Assembly: GCA_965113315.1 (NCBI GenBank)
Contig: OZ220367.1
Length of the DNA: 64,000 nt
Reading direction: 5' to 3' (one strand)
From: Podarcis vaucheri
Lineage: Eukaryota
Part shown: positions 59,734-64,000 of the stretch, piece after piece
How the letters are laid out: each line of letters begins with the position of its first letter
Position numbering within the stretch: the stretch's first letter is position 1
The notes under the pieces: model-generated
The model's database searches: none
The model's input: only the letters and a program-made list of their open reading frames with translations
Told to the model about the DNA's origin: nothing
Position numbers and translations under genes: made by a program

Positions 59734-62700
59734 CTGTTTACATATGATGGAAATGCATAACTCCTTTGTTCTTCAGGGAATCGTCATGGAAAATCTCAAT
59801 TAAGAGATCAATATATATTTGATGCAAATATAGCCAATCTATAAATATTTTAATGGTTATTTTAAAGCAGCATGGGATCATCTTTTTTCATTTCAGAAAC
59901 ATTAGCTAATTCTACAAAGAAATAAAAACAAATAAAGATAATTTTCTAACCTGCTTGTTTCATTTTTCTCTCTGTGGGAGGAATGAATGTATCTTCTGAG
60001 CTCTCATCCACAGAAATTATGGGTGGTTTTCTGTAATCAGCCAAGGTATTTCTTGCAAAGCTGAATTCATCTGTTAGAAAATCTGGTTCTATATGTTTTC
60101 TTTTAAACAGGTTTGCTTCCAGGTGTGTTAGTTGTTCTTAACAGTGCTTGTAAGAAATATTGTGAACTGGGAGCCCTGCCTAGTTCAGCATTCTGTGCCT
60201 CACTAGTCAAATGGTTTTTATACAGCCACAAGGAAAATATTAAGGCAACAGCCCATATTCATTGCCTCTTGAACCTGTTTTGCTAATAGCCACCATCTTA
60301 AATGTAGTTGTCATTATTTCTCTGCCACCCTTCACCATCTGATCCTAGGGCTGCTTAGAATAATATAATGCAAGTTTATAAAAACAAAAACAGTTGCAAT
60401 TATAAAAATATCCATTCTAAGCAGCAATATCGATTGCTTAAAAGAGGGGGGTCCTGCAAAACAAATGCCTTAACTGTCAATTTTGAGAGAGCCCTCCCCC
60501 TTTGCCACCATTCTCCACACTTCCAAGGATAGCAGAATTGCCAAGAGAACTCCTTCTGCTGATCTTAACACCCAGAGGTTTCTGTAGAGAAGGATGCGGC
60601 AGGAACTGAAGTAGAAGCTAATAGCTCAACAGCCTTCTTCTGATCAATCATCGGTGACAGTGGGCCCTAAGTGGTTAAATTTTCCTCTTCTCTCCCTCTT
60701 CTGAAGATCAACTGCAGTGTAACGTGACCTGTGCTTCTAGGCACGGGTCCAAGCAGCTTCCCTCTTGCCCTGCTCCTTCTCAAGGGAAAACCCCAATTGC
60801 CATTTGCTCTGATGGAGCACTGAAGAGCAGTTTTTTCCAGAGGAAAGCAGTGTCGAGAAACCCTCACTGGATTATCCAGTGAACGTTTGCAGAGCAGGTC
60901 AAATAACTTCCTCTTCTCTTTCAGCATTGGTTTATGGGAGACGATTAGCATACATTTAAGATTCTGATGGTCATTCCCAAAAAAACAACTGGTTGGAAAT
61001 CCCTAAATCTTGATCCCTTTGGAATGCCCAGGTTAAAGCAAGCTGTGACTTTTTGTTGCTTGCATGAAAGTCTCAAAAATTACAGTGCTATCCAAACCAT
61101 TTCTACTCAGTCATATTGAATTTAATATGTATTATTTTCAGGTAAGGGGGGCTAGGTTTGCAGGCTCTGTGTTGATCTTTAAATATGCTGCTTGGCAGGG
61201 AATATATATCACATTGATTCCTTTTGTTGCTATGATCGTTCAAAATAAAGCACAATTCTTTTACTACAGTATTTTCCCCTATTTCTCTAAGGAAATAGGG
61301 GACCGGAATATATATAAGCAATATTTTTTTGGGGGGAGCATGCTGTTTGTAAGGAGAAAGAACCAAAACCATTCTCTTTCCAGGATGTGTTTTGCGACTG
61401 AGTTAAATGTAAGCTTATTGCTATGTCTGTTTCTCAGGTGTAGCACATTAGCATGCTACCCACTTCTGGTTTTCCCCCATTTGAAACATCTTTCAGCTTG
61501 ACAGGAGGTTGTACATTTGCCCAGAGGAAAAAGCTTGGGTATTTCCTTATGACTCATAGTACAGCCTATGTTTTGTGCACTGGTATAAGGAGGTAGTTGC
61601 TATTTGCTCAGCATTAAACTAAGAGCAACGGACCGCTCGGAAAATATAACTTGTCGTGGTTTGACATTGTGGATCTTCAGTTTGGCAAACACCCAGTGCC
61701 TGTAAGTACCCCTACAAATGTTCATGTTCATTTAGAGTAAAAGTTAGCAGTATCATCTAATTTCAACCTCCTCCTGTTTCACACATACACTTTTCTTAAG
61801 TGGCTTGTTTTGATTTTGTTCTAAAAAGGCTAAACTGTACTATTTTAAATTCTGAAAACAAAGCCTCCTTGGCTAAGAGTTGTGCAATGTAAAAGCTCTT
61901 TCTTCCCCTAAATCTAGTTTCTGGGTGAAAATGTGCTGTGATTTAAAGAGTGGCCACCCCTCTCTTCTAATCATATATTGACATTTTGCAGTGACCATTC
62001 TCTGCTGTATGTTAATAAGTCTCTGTATATCATGGCATTCCTTCACATTTATATTGCCTTGCCTTGATCTTAATATATTTTTAATTGTGGTATGTAGCAC
62101 TGGTTTATTCTTAATTCTGACAACTTTACCAAGACCAAGTGTACATAGAAGTAACATAGAAAAATCTTATACTGTCTTTAGCTTTAAAAAATACTTGTTT
62201 GGAGATCTTTTAATTCTGGTAAGTCATTGATGTCACAAACAACAGGTAGTGCAATCTTTTGCAAGACTATTCAGAAATAAATCCTACTAAGTTCACTGAG
62301 CTTAGTGTACATAGGTTTGTATCATTAGCCATCATTTGTTCTGTGCCTTCTCTACGAATGCAGAATTGCAAGGGCTCATCACACTAAAAGAGGGGGATCT
62401 TTAAAAAATAAAATGAAATCACCAAACGCTACCCATTAGATTAATTTGACTGGAATACAACTGAGGGATAATATAAGTAAATATCAGCAAACATAGGTCA
62501 ATAGGAGAATAGGACATTAACTGAGGTAATGTGATTAGTCAATAGTAGAAATGGGATATTAACAAAAAGAGCAATATATTACCAATCTTTTGAGTCATTC
62601 AGCTTGATGGCAAGTAAAATTGAATGCATATTGATTGAATCTTAGGGGAAGTATTCCTGAGACTGAGTTCTTTAGAGAACACCTGAATCAACTCAAGTTT

Positions 62701-63199
62701 GTTCCGAATACAGCAGGAAGTGAGAGGCAGAGTGTGAGTTTGCATGGAAGTAAGATCGCCCTCAAACTTGCTTTCCAAAAAGTGAAATAACTTGACTAAG
62801 GCTAATGATCAGTCCTCAGATAAAATTGCCCCAGAATGGATTTGCTGTTTTCAGAATTGTTTGTGTCAAACTGGGCAGAAGAGGAGATAGGGAAAAGAAG
62901 ACAGAGCAGTGGAACGCCAGGTTTAAGCTTATTGCTCAGCTATAGTGTTTTCTTCTTCTAAAAAAAAGCTATTGGTATATTTATCCTAGGAGGCAAAGAG
63001 CAGCTTGGGGAAGAGGGAATTGAATCATAGACTTGGGGGTTGTATTGGCATAGGAGCACACACTGCAATGCCCTCATGGCTGCCTCCACTCTCATTTTTC
63101 CACATGGGCAGTTCACAGAGAATGAATGTGTGGATGGGGTGTGTATGCATGTGGATAGGGTGTGAGGGAAAGAAAGGGGGTATCTTTGTTAAGTGTAAG

Positions 63200-63201
<2 letters not shown>

Positions 63202-63239
<38 letters not shown>
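63202..63239. repeat. (TG)n microsatellite
   Basis: Direct reading. Confidence 0.95.
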
Positions 63240-63242
<3 letters not shown>

Positions 63243-64000
63243 AGTGGTGGAAGTTTGGGTTGATAGGTGCAGACAGACAGCCAATTTTAAGCTGTCACCT
63301 AATTCCCTGCTGGCAACCCCCCCTCCCCCCACAGAATGTGGACAATTCTTGATCCAGCCTTTGGGCTAAAGAAAGGCCAAAGTGTGTAAGTGTATGCGTC
63401 ACTGGGGCATATTTTAAAGGCCTAATAGTCTTCATTTCATCTATTTACGTGGCTGCATATTTTGTGATTTTAAATCTCTGCTGAGGTTCTCTCACCAAAT
63501 AGTACTTGCCCAAACCTGGATCTTGGCATCCAGGGAATTCTCCTTTCTCTATACCTATTTATTTGTCCTTGCACCAACAAAACAAAATTGATCAATAATT
63601 GCATATTGCGTATATTTCTTGCAATATCTCACTTTCCTTTCAGGTAGGTTGATTTGTACTCATCTGGATATGAATGAACAACACATCTTGTTTGGGTATG
63701 GTTGCAATTTCAGGGTTGCATTTTAAATCAATTAATTTACAGGCTTGTGTTAGTTCAGCTGTGCATGTATAGTCTCACAAAGTAGTTGGATGCAATGTGT
63801 GTAACCTATTCCATCCACAATATAAGAATTTCTGTAGCGTTTCTATAGTGCAAGTTCATCTTCCAATGGGGCTAGCATCAGGAGCCAACTGACGATTCCC
63901 AGGTAAGATCCTCCCCCTGTTGTGTGGGCAGGGTAGTCCCTCCCCCTACCTGGCCTGATCACCTTGCCAACGCCTCCCCAGGCAGGATTGGGCAACTGGT

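Noticed and set aside
60000-64000. Start of PLEKHS1, expected by synteny; donor-like sites near 61702, 62750 and 63903
   Set aside because: No recognisable coding sequence; splice-like motifs alone are insufficient.

Overview
Vertebrate genomic DNA from a squamate, probably a lacertid lizard judging by the Sauria-type and Squam3-like SINEs. It holds two head-to-head genes in the arrangement known from human 10q25. NRAP (nebulin-related anchoring protein) is on the minus strand with 21 coding exons from ATG 29466 to 922 and continues off the left edge. CASP7 (caspase-7) is complete on the plus strand with 6 coding exons (38472-57803, about 298 aa) and a CpG-island promoter near 36.2-36.9 kb carrying an NF-kB palindrome and a triple IRF/ISRE element. 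Introns contain many mobile elements: Sauria SINEs, Tigger-like and Tc2-like MITEs, hAT MITEs and L1, CR1, Rex1 and BovB fragments. The most unusual structure is a 3.2 kb Penelope-like (GIY-YIG) retroelement cluster between the two promoters (31317-34502). It consists of four fold-back units separated by (AT)n tracts and carries six minimal hammerhead-ribozyme motifs. Three of these lie in tandem 165-166 nt apart, like a nascent retrozyme array. One Sauria SINE also appears to have carried 132 bp of extra 5' sequence inside its target-site duplication. All coordinates were read by eye and all comparisons to known families are from memory, not database searches.
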